A program made the translations under genes and the position numbers. This document shows positions 45,839 to 57,000 of a DNA stretch of 64,000 nt, piece after piece (within the stretch, counting starts at the first letter, position 1; each line of letters begins with the position of its first letter). The notes beneath the pieces are model-generated. The model was not told where the DNA came from, ran no database searches, and worked only from the letters and a program-made list of their open reading frames with translations. Source of the stretch: Paramoeba atlantica (Eukaryota; Protista; Discosea); NCBI GenBank assembly GCA_977017575.1, contig CDRNVI010000072.1:1-64000 (forward strand). Reading direction: 5' to 3'.

Positions 45839-47173
45839 CGCTCCTTAGTCAACCAGTTTGTCGTATCGCAGGCCTTTGCACACGCACCTTTTTTTGCCAA
45901 AGGTGTTCTAAAATTTGGGAAATAAGGTTGTTTTAGATGATTTTTAGAGTATTGAAGAGTTCATCTAATGACCTACTGCTCTGTTTCGGAATTTTGAAAA
46001 AACTCGATCTTATGCTTCTTTGATGATCTTTTTCAATTTTTGGAATTAACCTTAGTAAGCGAGTTAGATACTCCATATCTCCCTCAATATATTATTTATA
46101 CTGTGCCCCCCCCACTTATAGTGCCGCGGTTTTCGACCAAACGGCACTATAAGTGGGGGGGCTAGTATGTTTCAGGTCGAGGGTGAAAATTTTCCTCCCC
46201 CCAAAAAAAAGCGCAGCGCTTCGCGGCGCAATTCTTTCTATCATGTGGTTTTGAGTGCCTAAGCGCTGTAAATGTTTGTGAAATATTAATTCGTGAACAA
46301 ATTTCGAAATGGCGAGCTGTATTCCGCATGTTTCCATAACGAAAAAGATGTTTTCACCTTTTTTGCATTAACACGACTTTTGTTGACACAACTTTTGTTG
46401 CCTCGACTTTTGTTGCGAAAACTTTTTTCCCCCCAGTAGGGGAGAAGAAAGATCAACGCACTCATGAGCCAAAAAAGGTCTTTGCCCACCAAAAAAGCGT
46501 ACCCCAGTAACAAGGATTCTAGTAGTCCATCCTAGTAGTCCAACAAGGATTCTAGAGTCCAAAATGAGGGAGTTGCTATGCTCTGTCCATGGTATCATGT
46601 TCAGGGGAACAGCAACTCCCCATTATCCCGGCGTAGTAAACACGCCTTGGCTTGCCTGGCACTACGATTGCCGAAAAAAAAAATCGGTTCATTTCGCAGC
46701 CCAGTCGCTTCCCACTTAAGGGGCCCGTTCCCACAACCGAGTGATCTCCCCGGCAGCACGGTTTTACCCATGCGTTGAGAAGGCTGGGGTGTGAGACCAG
46801 GGTGCATTAGTAGAAAATTTTCGGAGGAAGAAATACGAAGGAGATTTTACTGTATAAGGGAGTTTGAGTGCAATAGGAAAAAAAGGGGGTTGGCTTAAAT
46901 GTTTTGGTACCGACTCATACCAATTACTCTAAATTCGTTCATGATAAGATTTAAACCAGGTGACGGTTAAGTGTTTATTAGGAACCATAAGTCTGGACAT
47001 TTGGAACAGGGCCCGCGGTCGGAGTTTGGCTACTCCCCATTCCTGCTCAAGGGGTAGGAACAGGTTTCCTCGACAACACGTCGCCGTCCGGAGTCTTTCC
47101 GTCTGGAGACGCGTTGTTAAGTCCAAACCTTGTTGACGCAACCAGTGTGTATAAAACTGTTCTGTATATTATG

Positions 47174-47600
47174 CTCTTCGTTAAACTCGGTGGTTGTCTT
47201 CAACTTAAAAGTCACTCATGCTGCGCGCTTCGCGTTGAAAACTACCACCGCGTTTAACGAAGACCCTAAAAAAGAAAAATCTCCAAAAGATCATGAATAA
47301 TCTACTTTTTTTGGGGGAAAAAGCTTGACTTTTCGGCAAAAATTGCGAAATTTTACACCAAATTTGGTCCGTTTTGGATGCCTTACCAGTAGGGGCAGGA
47401 GGCAAATCTGACGAAAAAAACGTCGTAGAATAGTAGGTGAGGTCCTAAACTCTCCAAATACGGTTTAGAAGTCGATTTCGGAAAAATAAATATTTACTTT
47501 TTTCCGGGTCAAAAGAAATTTGTTTTGGTCATCCCAAAAATTTCAGAATTTTTGACCTTTTCGGACCCCTCCAGCGCGTACCAGGGTACCCTCAGGTGGG
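47174..47600 (-). mobile_element. Family-A variant fragment
   Basis: Palindrome plus segment matching 8975-9400. Confidence 0.75.
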
Positions 47601-47780
47601 GGGAATCGTTTTTTTAATTTATTACATTTTTACCAGCGAAGACATGAAAATAGAGGAGCCCCGGCGCCGCGAAGCGGCGCCAATTTTTTTTTTGCACTAT
47701 TTTCGTTGTTTTTCGGAATTTTTATTGTACCTGTAGCTACGTATTGTACCTGTAGCTAGTTATTGTACCGGTGGGGTACA

Positions 47781-48326
47781 TTAACCCGGACGGGGGTTTA
47801 GTTGGCCTCTTCGGGCTTCACAGATTCGACAAAGATTTTTGAGATGACCGGAGATTGTACCAATTAACCCTTGTAAAGGGCTTAAATTCTCCTTTTCTGC
47901 CTCACATCCTTTGCTCACCGTGGGAATTTCTTTTTCAGCCTCCATCTTGTCAAGAGTGTGCTTCCGTTGTTTCAAGATGGAGGCTGTTCGCAGTAAAATG
48001 TTTCCTGTGATTTGGTCATGATCATAATTTCCTTTCTCTATGAGTTCGACAACTTTTAATTTTGGTAACTCAGCCACCGTTTCTCCAATATCTTTCAACA
48101 CAGCTGAAGGATAGTCTAGATCTTGAGGCCATTTCTCTTGCATTGCAGTGAAAAAGGGAATCCTAACCTTTTTGTCTTTAATCTTCAATGTAGTGTACTT
48201 CATAATGAGTCCCAATTCATCTTTCAAAGCCTTGGATAGCACGACATTAACTGTAGCTTCTGTGGAGGCCATGAGCAAAATAAAGGACACAGTAAGAAAG
48301 GTGTCGGTAAGCTCCATGCATATCAA
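47781..48326 (-). CDS. Hypothetical ORF, possibly mobile-element cargo
   Basis: 181 aa, opposite to host genes, no domain recognised. Confidence 0.3.
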   Translation of the reverse strand: MICMELTDTFLTVSFILLMASTEATVNVVLSKALKDELGLIMKYTTLKIKDKKVRIPFFTAMQEKWPQDLDYPSAVLKDIGETVAELPKLKVVELIEKGNYDHDQITGNILLRTASILKQRKHTLDKMEAEKEIPTVSKGCEAEKENLSPLQGLIGTISGHLKNLCRICEARRGQLNPRPG

Positions 48327-48423
48327 TCAAAACTCATTTTTTTCCCCTTGAACGCTAACAGCTCAATGAAAATTACAATTGAAAAACTTATATTTGCCTA
48401 TCTAATCTTTGCCTTCAAGTTTC

Positions 48424-49242
48424 ATGTCCCCAAGACTTCTTTCTGGGGTTGTGAAATCGAGTGACACTCAACCCCCTATAAGTTCATCTCGACGTGGCAA
48501 AGTTCGTGGCGCTATTCTCCCACAACACGTGATGATGCGTCGATTTGTTTCTGAAATGGAAATTCCGCAATTTGCTGAGCGCGACGATGTCTGCACTTGG
48601 GAAGGTGTTACTTGTAACGACCATGGTGAGGTTAAGGGGATTGATTGGTCGTATAAAATTATGTTTGGAAACCTTAAGATTATGGTAGGAAATCTTACCT
48701 GGGAGTGTTTACCCTCGACCGTTTCAAGACTTAATTTATCGAGCAACCGTCTCTCTGGAGAGCTCCCCACACGAGTGTTACCTTCAGTCTTGGAATATTT
48801 GAATATACAAGAGAATGGATTCCTTGGACCTTTTGACGCAACGGAACTTCCAAACAAACTAAGAAAATTTTTCTCTGCAGACACAAACTTTTCAGGGATT
48901 CTAGACTTATCATCACTGCCTCCTGTTATAAATGCGTTTTCCGTTGTGAACAATATGTTTGCAGGACATATCGATCTCACGTGCCTTCCGTCATCTTTGC
49001 GAAGTTTGTACCTGCAAGAAAACTCTTTTAGTGGTCCCATTGATTTGACGAAGCTTCCACACAGAATGGACATCTTGTCGCTTCACCAAAACAATCTTAT
49101 AGGCAATCTTGATCTGCGATGCCTTCCGACAACACTGAGGAGACTTGATCTCAATTCAAACTGCTTTTCTGGTGAGCTTTACGTGAACACACTACCCGAT
49201 TCGGTGGCTGAAGTAAATATAACTATAACTATAAATAAATAA
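48424..49242 (+). CDS. LRR family protein
   Basis: RRGKVRGAILPQH...VCTWEGVTC; LRR repeats; first ATG at 48424. Confidence 0.9.
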   Translation: MSPRLLSGVVKSSDTQPPISSSRRGKVRGAILPQHVMMRRFVSEMEIPQFAERDDVCTWEGVTCNDHGEVKGIDWSYKIMFGNLKIMVGNLTWECLPSTVSRLNLSSNRLSGELPTRVLPSVLEYLNIQENGFLGPFDATELPNKLRKFFSADTNFSGILDLSSLPPVINAFSVVNNMFAGHIDLTCLPSSLRSLYLQENSFSGPIDLTKLPHRMDILSLHQNNLIGNLDLRCLPTTLRRLDLNSNCFSGELYVNTLPDSVAEVNITITINK

Positions 49243-49391
49243 TGGCAACCTGTTGTTACCTTCACCATTGCCGAGCAATATTAAAATGGGGGTCATTTCG
49301 AATAAAATAGTTTGCAATCCAGAATGGAGCTCTAATTAGTGGTCATCTTCATGTTTTTTGTTATTGATTTTATCTACACTCAAAACAATTA

Positions 49392-50096
49392 CTCCCTCTC
49401 TCATTAATTTTTATAAATGGATTTCGTGTTATAAAAATTTAGTTTGTGCGGGATCATTAATTTTTATAAATCAGAAATTAATCGAACGCTATTTCTTAAT
49501 TTTTTTCTAAGCCAAAGAATTTTTTCTTTTATTCTACTTAAGATGGATTATTTTGTGAACGTGGATGGACGCCCTTCGAAGAAATTTCTTACAGAAAAGC
49601 GCAAATGGTTGATTTATATGCTGCAGGCAGATGGTGAGAAAAAACAAACTTTATTTAGCAATTTATGGGAATACTATCTCCGTTTAACACGTGCTTGACT
49701 CACAGCTTCAGATAGGTATTGATATTCGTTTATAGTACATTACCTCTATGTGATTTCTTTTGCTTATTTGACTCTCAGCTTCAGATATTGATTCATGAAA
49801 AATGCTCATGTAGGGGAAAAGACAATCTTTTTGGGGGGGATTTTCTTCCTGAGATGAAGATACTGATTTTTGTAAAACGCGATTCACTGAAAAAAATCAG
49901 CATGGGGAAGCATGGTCGGGACCTACTCGCGGTCTTCCCTGGCACTACCATCTTACAGATCGTACTAACGCCGACCTGTTTTTGGAATAGCGGTCATTTA
50001 TACGGGATTATTAATTTTTATAATTACATATAACAAAGTAGTATAACTCACTTTTTGTTATAATTTATAATTTATAAAAATTAATGAGAGGGAGAG
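49392..50096. mobile_element. 705-bp TA-flanked MITE (TIR CTCYCYCTCTCATTAATTTTTATAAA)
   Basis: TIR and TA at both ends; contains repeat E. Confidence 0.75.
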
Positions 50097-50740
50097 TATT
50101 TGTGTAAGAAAAAACGGGAAATTTTAGTGAATTTTTTATTGTGCAACATTTTTAGAAATGGAAATTTTACTTTTGTTTTTTTGATCCAAATTCTAAACAA
50201 GAATTTTTTAGCCAACTTTGAGTAACAATGAGGGTGAAATAGAGGCCCTTGTCATTGGACACTATGCAGTTGTCCACTGCCATCCAGTGCCATGCGCTGC
50301 CATCCAGTGCCATCCAGTGCCATCCAAAACAGAGATATGAGCGAGGACCGAAGACCTTTTTTTTGATTTGGAGGACCCAAGAACTTTCCATTTCCGCCGG
50401 ATGTTGTAGGACAAGTGATGGCCATGATATGAAAAAGCGTCTAATGTCGGATTCAATTGTACTCATTTTTCAAAAACACGTCTTTTTCTTTGCTTTTGCA
50501 AAATAGAATATTTTCTCGGTCTCTTCTTGTGCGTCCTCTGTCATGTACATGTGCGGACCTGAGTTGAATTTTAAAGTGAAAGCATGATGGGACACACCAA
50601 AAATTTTTGAAGATTTTTTGCTTTGTGACCGAAAAGAATGTCCTTACGATCACGAGGGTTGGAAAGTTCGTGACTCTGTTTCTAGTATTTGTTGGAGGCG
50701 ATGTAAGCACGTAAGTTTTAGAAAAAGATTGTCTCGACTA

Positions 50741-53513
50741 CTGTGCCCCCCTAGTTATCTGTAACACGTCACCCCCCTAGTTATCTATCACTTTTTGGAA
50801 CTTCGATTTTTTTTTTCGTCGACCTCATAAAATGAAACTTACATTTTTTCTTTTTGTGTTTCAAGCCAATGGTCGTGCGTGGTGCTATTATAAACCGTTT
50901 CTGTAATTCCATGTTCTGACTTTTTTTGTGACAGACACCCTCCCTAGGTATCTGTCGCACACTGATCCGCCTACCGTTACCCCCCCCTTACTTAGCCCCC
51001 ACTTTTTGGCCCAAAACCCATACTTTGTGGTGAAGTAAGGGGGGGTGGGGGGGGGGAAGTAAGGGGGGTGGTGAAGTAAGGGGGTGGTGAAGTAAGGGGG
51101 GTGGTGAAGTAAGGGGGGATTATTAAGTTGTCAAGTTCCTCCAGTAAAATCCTTATCGCCCGTCATGCTCACTTCAGGGTTGAACGAAACTTTCTGTTTC
51201 ACGCTTGCCATAGTTCGGAAAGATCATTGACTTTATAAAATGAATTAAAAGATCATTGACTTCTACAGAAAGTAACTAACATCATGAAAATACGCTACGC
51301 CCAAATTTAGTTTCTAATGTGCCGGCTTAAATATATAAAATAATGACAGAAAATATGATACCTATAGAGGCTTTGCAAGGCACTAAGTAGAACCACAGAA
51401 AAACTTAGATACGACGAATATTAAAAACGGTGCTGTGGACGTAAAACGCTGGGGAAGGTGAGGTGCGCTAAGCCCCAACACTGCCGAAAATATATGCAGT
51501 GGCCCTGACCTGCGGCCATCGTTAGTGCTTTGCGCAGAAATTGTCACTCTCTTCCCCCTTTTCTTCAATTGCACACATGTGATGAAATTTCGTTAAACAC
51601 CCAGGTTCACTACACTCGCGTAGAGTTAAATTCACTCGCGTGCAACAATAACACTCCTGTACTGGGGTTGCGTTAAGCGCTGAGTTCCTGTTACGCGCTG
51701 ACTCTATCGCGGACTTCATGGCTTTCGCTGCGATTGTGGGACTAATTCGATTTTTTATAGGAACGCGCGTTGGCAGACGAGGGACCTGATTTGGTTCAAG
51801 AGATTCCTCGACAATGCTCAGTTGTGATACGCGTGAAGCGATGGCTGATGCATCCACCATCGATTCCGTGATAACGCTTGAGGAGAGTCTGAGCTCGGCT
51901 CTGGATTCTATGGGAATCTGTGCGAGATTTTTGGTAAGTGCTGGAACAAGCAACTTATTAAATTCGATTTCGTATTCTTCTGAATTCACTTTTGCCAGAG
52001 CCTGGGTGGCAAATTTTGTTATAAGACTTCGCGTCGGCCGGACAATTTCATGATGCGTCGACGCACGCCATGAGGCAAAACACTCCTTGTAGTACTTTTT
52101 AAAAGGCTGGTTGATGGCCATATCCATGAGCTGTCCTTTGGAAGTGCAACCTCCTGGAACGAATTGAACATCGATTTTTCTCTCACGAAAGAACAATAAT
52201 AATTCCGCTGTCCGATGAGCAGCGTACAGATCCAAAATAATAAGTGTCTTCCGCGGACGATACTTCATTCTGTCAAAGAATTCCGCTTCAGCCCATTTTT
52301 TAAATGACTCTGCTGTGTTCCACCCGCTTGTCGTTGTTGCCGTACAATTGTACTTTTCTGCCGCCCGTAGCACCTCTTTGGAAACCTTCCCAGAATCTGA
52401 ATGGGCTTCCCAAATTAAGTGCGGAGGAAACACCTTATGCTCCCACGTGCTTTCTGCATGTTGGTTCGTAACAGAGCGGCCCCAAAACCACGCAGTCAGT
52501 GTCTTCTTCTCCTTCCCTGTAGTTAAAACCTTTACACGCTTTGTCCCTTTAGTGTCGTATGTGATTTCATTGACGGGCTCCCACACAACACAGGTCTCAG
52601 ACCACAATTTCGCAGAGCTATCATATTCAAAAAGGCTTCTATACGCTCGTCCATGTCTTTTGGGACCATTTGGGTTGCTCCATTGACTCTTCGTCGCGAA
52701 ATATTGGCGAAGGTGCAAAAACGAATCCAAAATTTTTCTTTTCCTTTGTCGGTAAGGGAACAGAAGTGCTCTGAAATTACAGCAAAGTACCCCAACATTG
52801 TCGGTTTCGTGACTGCCGAAAGAGACTCGCGTAGCAAAAGCAGTTGCGTCAACCCTTTTTCATATAATTCTTTATTTGCTCGGGGGGGATGATACTGAAA
52901 CAATTTCCCGAAGCCAAGTTGAGTAAATTTATGCCAATCTTCTTTTTTCCGATAAACTCTATGAACCGTGCTTACCTCGACCTTGTAATCTCGGGCGGCC
53001 ACGCTTACAGACTTGCCGGCATCTATACTAGCACATAGGTTGTTTTTTTGCTGTATGGTAAGATCCACCCGAACCTTCCGCGGCTGCTCAGCAAGCTGGT
53101 TAGATGCATTCAATATTAATGTGGTGGATGGCGTAGCTGAAGTATCATCGGGGAAGGGCAGTACGGCAACAGTTTCGTGTGGCAACGGTGAGGATAGAGT
53201 CACTTGGCTCGCGTTAAAGAATAGAAGTGGTGGGGCCATCGTGTATTGAATAAATATTGAAATCAATGAAAATTTACAGTTTCTGACCTGGGTTAACTAT
53301 CATCACAGAGTAGGAATCGGGGGAAAATTCTGGCACCCCCCTTACTTCACCACATACGGAGTGGCTAAATGTGGTGAAGTAAGGGGGGAGGTGAAGTAAG
53401 GGGGGAGGTGAAGTAAAGGGGGGTAACGGTAGTTATCTGTCACACCCCTACCCCCCCTAGTTATCTGTCACCTTTTCGCGAAAAGTAGTGACAGATAAGT
53501 AGGGGTGGTACAG
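50741..53513 (-). mobile_element. Near-complete pogo-like transposon (TA|CTGT termini, GTGGTGAAGTAAGGGGG subterminal arrays)
   Basis: ~25-bp imperfect TIR, TA flanks, internal transposase. Confidence 0.85.
51522..53266 (-). pseudogene. pogo-like DD35D transposase with C-terminal PHD-like finger, frameshifted at ~52600
   Basis: HTH (LTIQQK..AARDYKVEVSTV), ETCVVWE, ILDLYAAH, FVPGGCTSKGQLMD, C-terminal CYCC..C....C..KFHHMC..CAKH; lesion falls on the expected NCDET Asp. Confidence 0.88.
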
Positions 53514-54049
53514 TACTTCCTTACTTTCATTCAGATGTGCGCAAACCGTCCCACAAATTTTAGTTTTGGGTACTTGTAGTACACAAGTACATAAAAATTA
53601 GTCATCCAGTGCCATCCGCTGCCATCCAGTGCCATCCAAATCTTCATAGTGTCCATTTATACCCATGATGATCGGGATACCGAACACCATGATCCTCTGT
53701 ACAAAACTTTGTGCAATAAAAATATTCGTGACTTTTTATTACGCAACAATTTCAAATGTTGCACAACGTCAGGGCACCAAATCCGACATTTTCGTGTGCG
53801 CACATAAGATGTGCACATAATCCTACAGAACATAACCGGTGTTGAATGCGATCCTATCCGCACTACTCTTGCGACAGCTAAGGACCCCTTTGGGTCCGCA
53901 AATTACTTTTACGCATTTTTTATTCATACAGGGTGATCAGCTAACTCTGGCGGGGGTCTAAGATTTGTGAACGTGTTTAACAATTTGCGATTTTTTTTGC
54001 TTCATTTCCTTTGCTCATTTATGCCACAAAGACAGGTGCATTCACGTTT

Positions 54050-57000
54050 TTCGTAAACCCCATCGTCTTTGGTAAGACCATCGTTTTTAGTAATTATCGT
54101 TTTTGGTAAGACTATTGCTTTTGGTAAGACCATCGCTTTGGTAAAACCATCGTCTTTTGCAGGAATATCATCTTTTGTAAGACCATCGCTTTTGGTAGGA
54201 CCATCACTTTTTATAAGAGCATCCTTTTTGGTACGCCCATCGTTTTTGGTAAGACCATCGTTTTTGGTAAGACCATCGCTTTTGGTAAACCATCGTTTTT
54301 GGTAAGATCATCGCTTTTGGTAAGACCATCGTTTTTGGTAAGACCATCGTTTTTTGTAAGCCCATCGTTTTTTGCAAGACCATCGTTTTTGGTAACACCA
54401 TCGTTTTTTGTAAGATCATCGCTTTTGGTAAACCATCGTTTTTGGTAAGACCATCGTTTTTGGCAAGACCATCGGTTTTGGTAAGACCATCGTTTTTGGT
54501 AAACCATAGTTTTTGATAAGACCATCGTTTTTGGTAAACCATCGTTTTTGATAAGACCATCGTTTTTGGTAAGACCATCGTTTTTGGTAAGACCATCGTT
54601 CTTGGTAACACCATCGTTTTTTGTAAGACCATCGTTTTTTGTAAGACCATCGTTTTTGGTAAGACCATCGTTTTTAGTAAGCATCGTTTTTGTTAAGACC
54701 ATTCCTTTTGGTAACACCATCGTTTTTGGTAAGATCATCGCTTTTGGTAAACCATCGTTTTTGGTAAGATCATCGGTTTTGGTAAGACCATCGTTTTTGG
54801 TAAGACCATCGTTTTTCGTAAGCCCATCGTTTTTTGCAAGACCATCGTTTTTGGTAACACCATCGTTTTTTGTAAGACCATCGTTTTTGGTAACACCATC
54901 GTTTTTTGTAAGACCATCGTTTTTGGTAAACCATCGTTTTTGGTAAGACCATCGTTTTTTGTAAGACCATCGCTTTTGGTAAACCATCGTTTTTGGTAAG
55001 ATCATCGCTTTTGGTAAGACCATCGTTCTTGGTAAGACCATCGTTTTTCGTAAGCCCATCGTTTTTTGCAAGACCATCGTTTTTGGTAACACCATCGTTT
55101 TTTGTAAGACCATCGTTTTTTGCAAGACCATCGTTTTTGGTAACACCATCGTTTTTTGTAAGACCATCGTTTTTGGTAACACCATCGTTTTTTGTAAGAC
55201 CATCGTTTTTGGTAAACCATCGTTTTTGGTAAGACCATCGTTTTTGGCAAGACCATCGGTTTTGGTAAGACCATCGTTTTTGGTAAACCATAGTTTTTGA
55301 TAAGACCATCGTTTTTGGTAAACCATCGTTTTTGATAAGACCATCGTTTTTGGTAAGACCATCGTTTTTGGTAAGACCATCGTTCTTGGTAACACCATCG
55401 TTTTTTGTAAGACCATCGTTTTTTGTAAGACCATCGTTTTTGGTAAGACCATCGTTTTTAGTAAGCATCGTTTTTGGTAAGACCATCGTTTTTAGTAAGG
55501 ATCGTTTTTGTTAAGACCATTCCTTTTGGTAACACCATCGTTTTTGGTAAGACCATCGTTTTTGGTAAGATCATCGTTTTTGGTAACACCATCGTTTTTG
55601 GTAAGACCATCGTTTTTTGTAAGACCATCGTTTTTGGTAAGACCATCGTTTTAATAAGCATCGTTTTTGGTAAGACCATCGTTTTTGGTAAACCATCGTT
55701 TTTCGTAAGACCATCGTTTTTGGTAAGACCATCGCTTTTGGTAAACCATCGTTTTTGGTAAGATCATCGCTTTTGGTAAGACCATCGTTTTTGGTAAGAC
55801 CATCGTTTTTCGTAAGCCCATCGTTTTTTGCAAGACCATCGTTTTTGGTAACACCATCGTTTTTTGTAAGACCATCGTTTTGGGTAACACCATCGTTTTT
55901 GGTGAGACCATCGTTTTTTGTAAGACCATCGCTTTTGGTAAATCATCGTTTTTGGTAAGATCATCGCTTTTGGTAAGACCATCGTTTTTGGTAAGACCAT
56001 CGTTTTTCGTAAGCCCATCGTTTTTTGCAAGACCATCGTTTTTGGTAACACCATCGTTTTTTGTAAGACCATCGTTTTGGGTAACACCATCGTTTTTTGT
56101 AAGACCATCGTTTTTGGCAAGACCATCGGTTTTGGTAAGACCATCGTTTTTGGTAAACCATAGTTTTTGATAAGACCATCGTTTTTGGTAAACCATGGTT
56201 TTTGATAAGACCATCGTTTTTGGTAAGACCATCGTTTTTGGTAAGACCATCGTTTTTGGTAACACCATCGTTTTTGGTAAGACCATCGTTTTTGGTAAGA
56301 CCATCGTTTTAATAAGCATCGTTTTTGGTAAGACCATTCCTTTTGGTAACACCATCGTTTTTGGTAAGACCATCGTTTTTGGCAAGACCATCGTTTTTGG
56401 TAAGACCATCGTTTTTGGTAACACCATCGTTTTTTGTAAGACCATCGTTTTTGGTAAACCATCGTTTTTGGTAAGACCATCGTTTTTGGCAAGACCATCG
56501 GTTTTGGTAAGACCATCGTTTTTGGTAAGACCATCGTTTTTGGTAACACCATCGTTTTTGGTAAGACCATCGTTTTTGGTAAGACCATCGTTTTAATAAG
56601 CATCGTTTTTGGTAAGACCATTCCTTTTGGTAACACCATCGTTTTTGGTAAGACCATCGTTTTTGGCAAGACCATCGTTTTTGGTAAGACCATCGTTTTT
56701 GGTAAACCATAGTTTTTGATAAGACCATCGTTTTTGGTAAACCATCGTTTTTGATAAGACCATCGTTTTTGGTAAGACCATCGTTTTTGGTAAGACCATC
56801 GTTCTTGGTAACACCATCGTTTTTTGTAAGACCATCGTTTTTTGTAAGACCATCGTTTTTGGTAAGACCATCGTTTTTAGTAAGCATCGTTTTTGGTAAG
56901 ACCATCGTTTTTAGTAAGGATCGTTTTTGTTAAGACCATTCCTTTTGGTAACACCATCGTTTTTGGTAAGACCATCGTTTTTGGTAAGATCATCGTTTTT

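Larger units (their letters stand above)
44555..46088 (-). mobile_element. Family-P element carrying a minisatellite and a tRNA-like relic
   Basis: Palindrome 44555-44760; far end GAGTTAGATA..TATCTCCCTC-AAT at 46088. Confidence 0.7.

Noticed and set aside
44563-45936. His/Cys/Thr-rich ORFs in three frames
   Set aside because: Lie on a minisatellite, with no frame preference
47657-47695. GGCGCCGC-GAA-GCGGCGCC hairpin plus T-run as a rho-independent terminator
   Set aside because: Eukaryotic context and no upstream gene; more likely part of a repeat
24220-49073. Antisense ORFs 24220-24873, 32685-33290, 48468-49073
   Set aside because: Shadows of better-supported + strand genes
53275-53286. 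TACAGTTTCTG SL-like 11-mer
   Set aside because: Too short, lacks flanking SL features, antisense to the adjacent transposase
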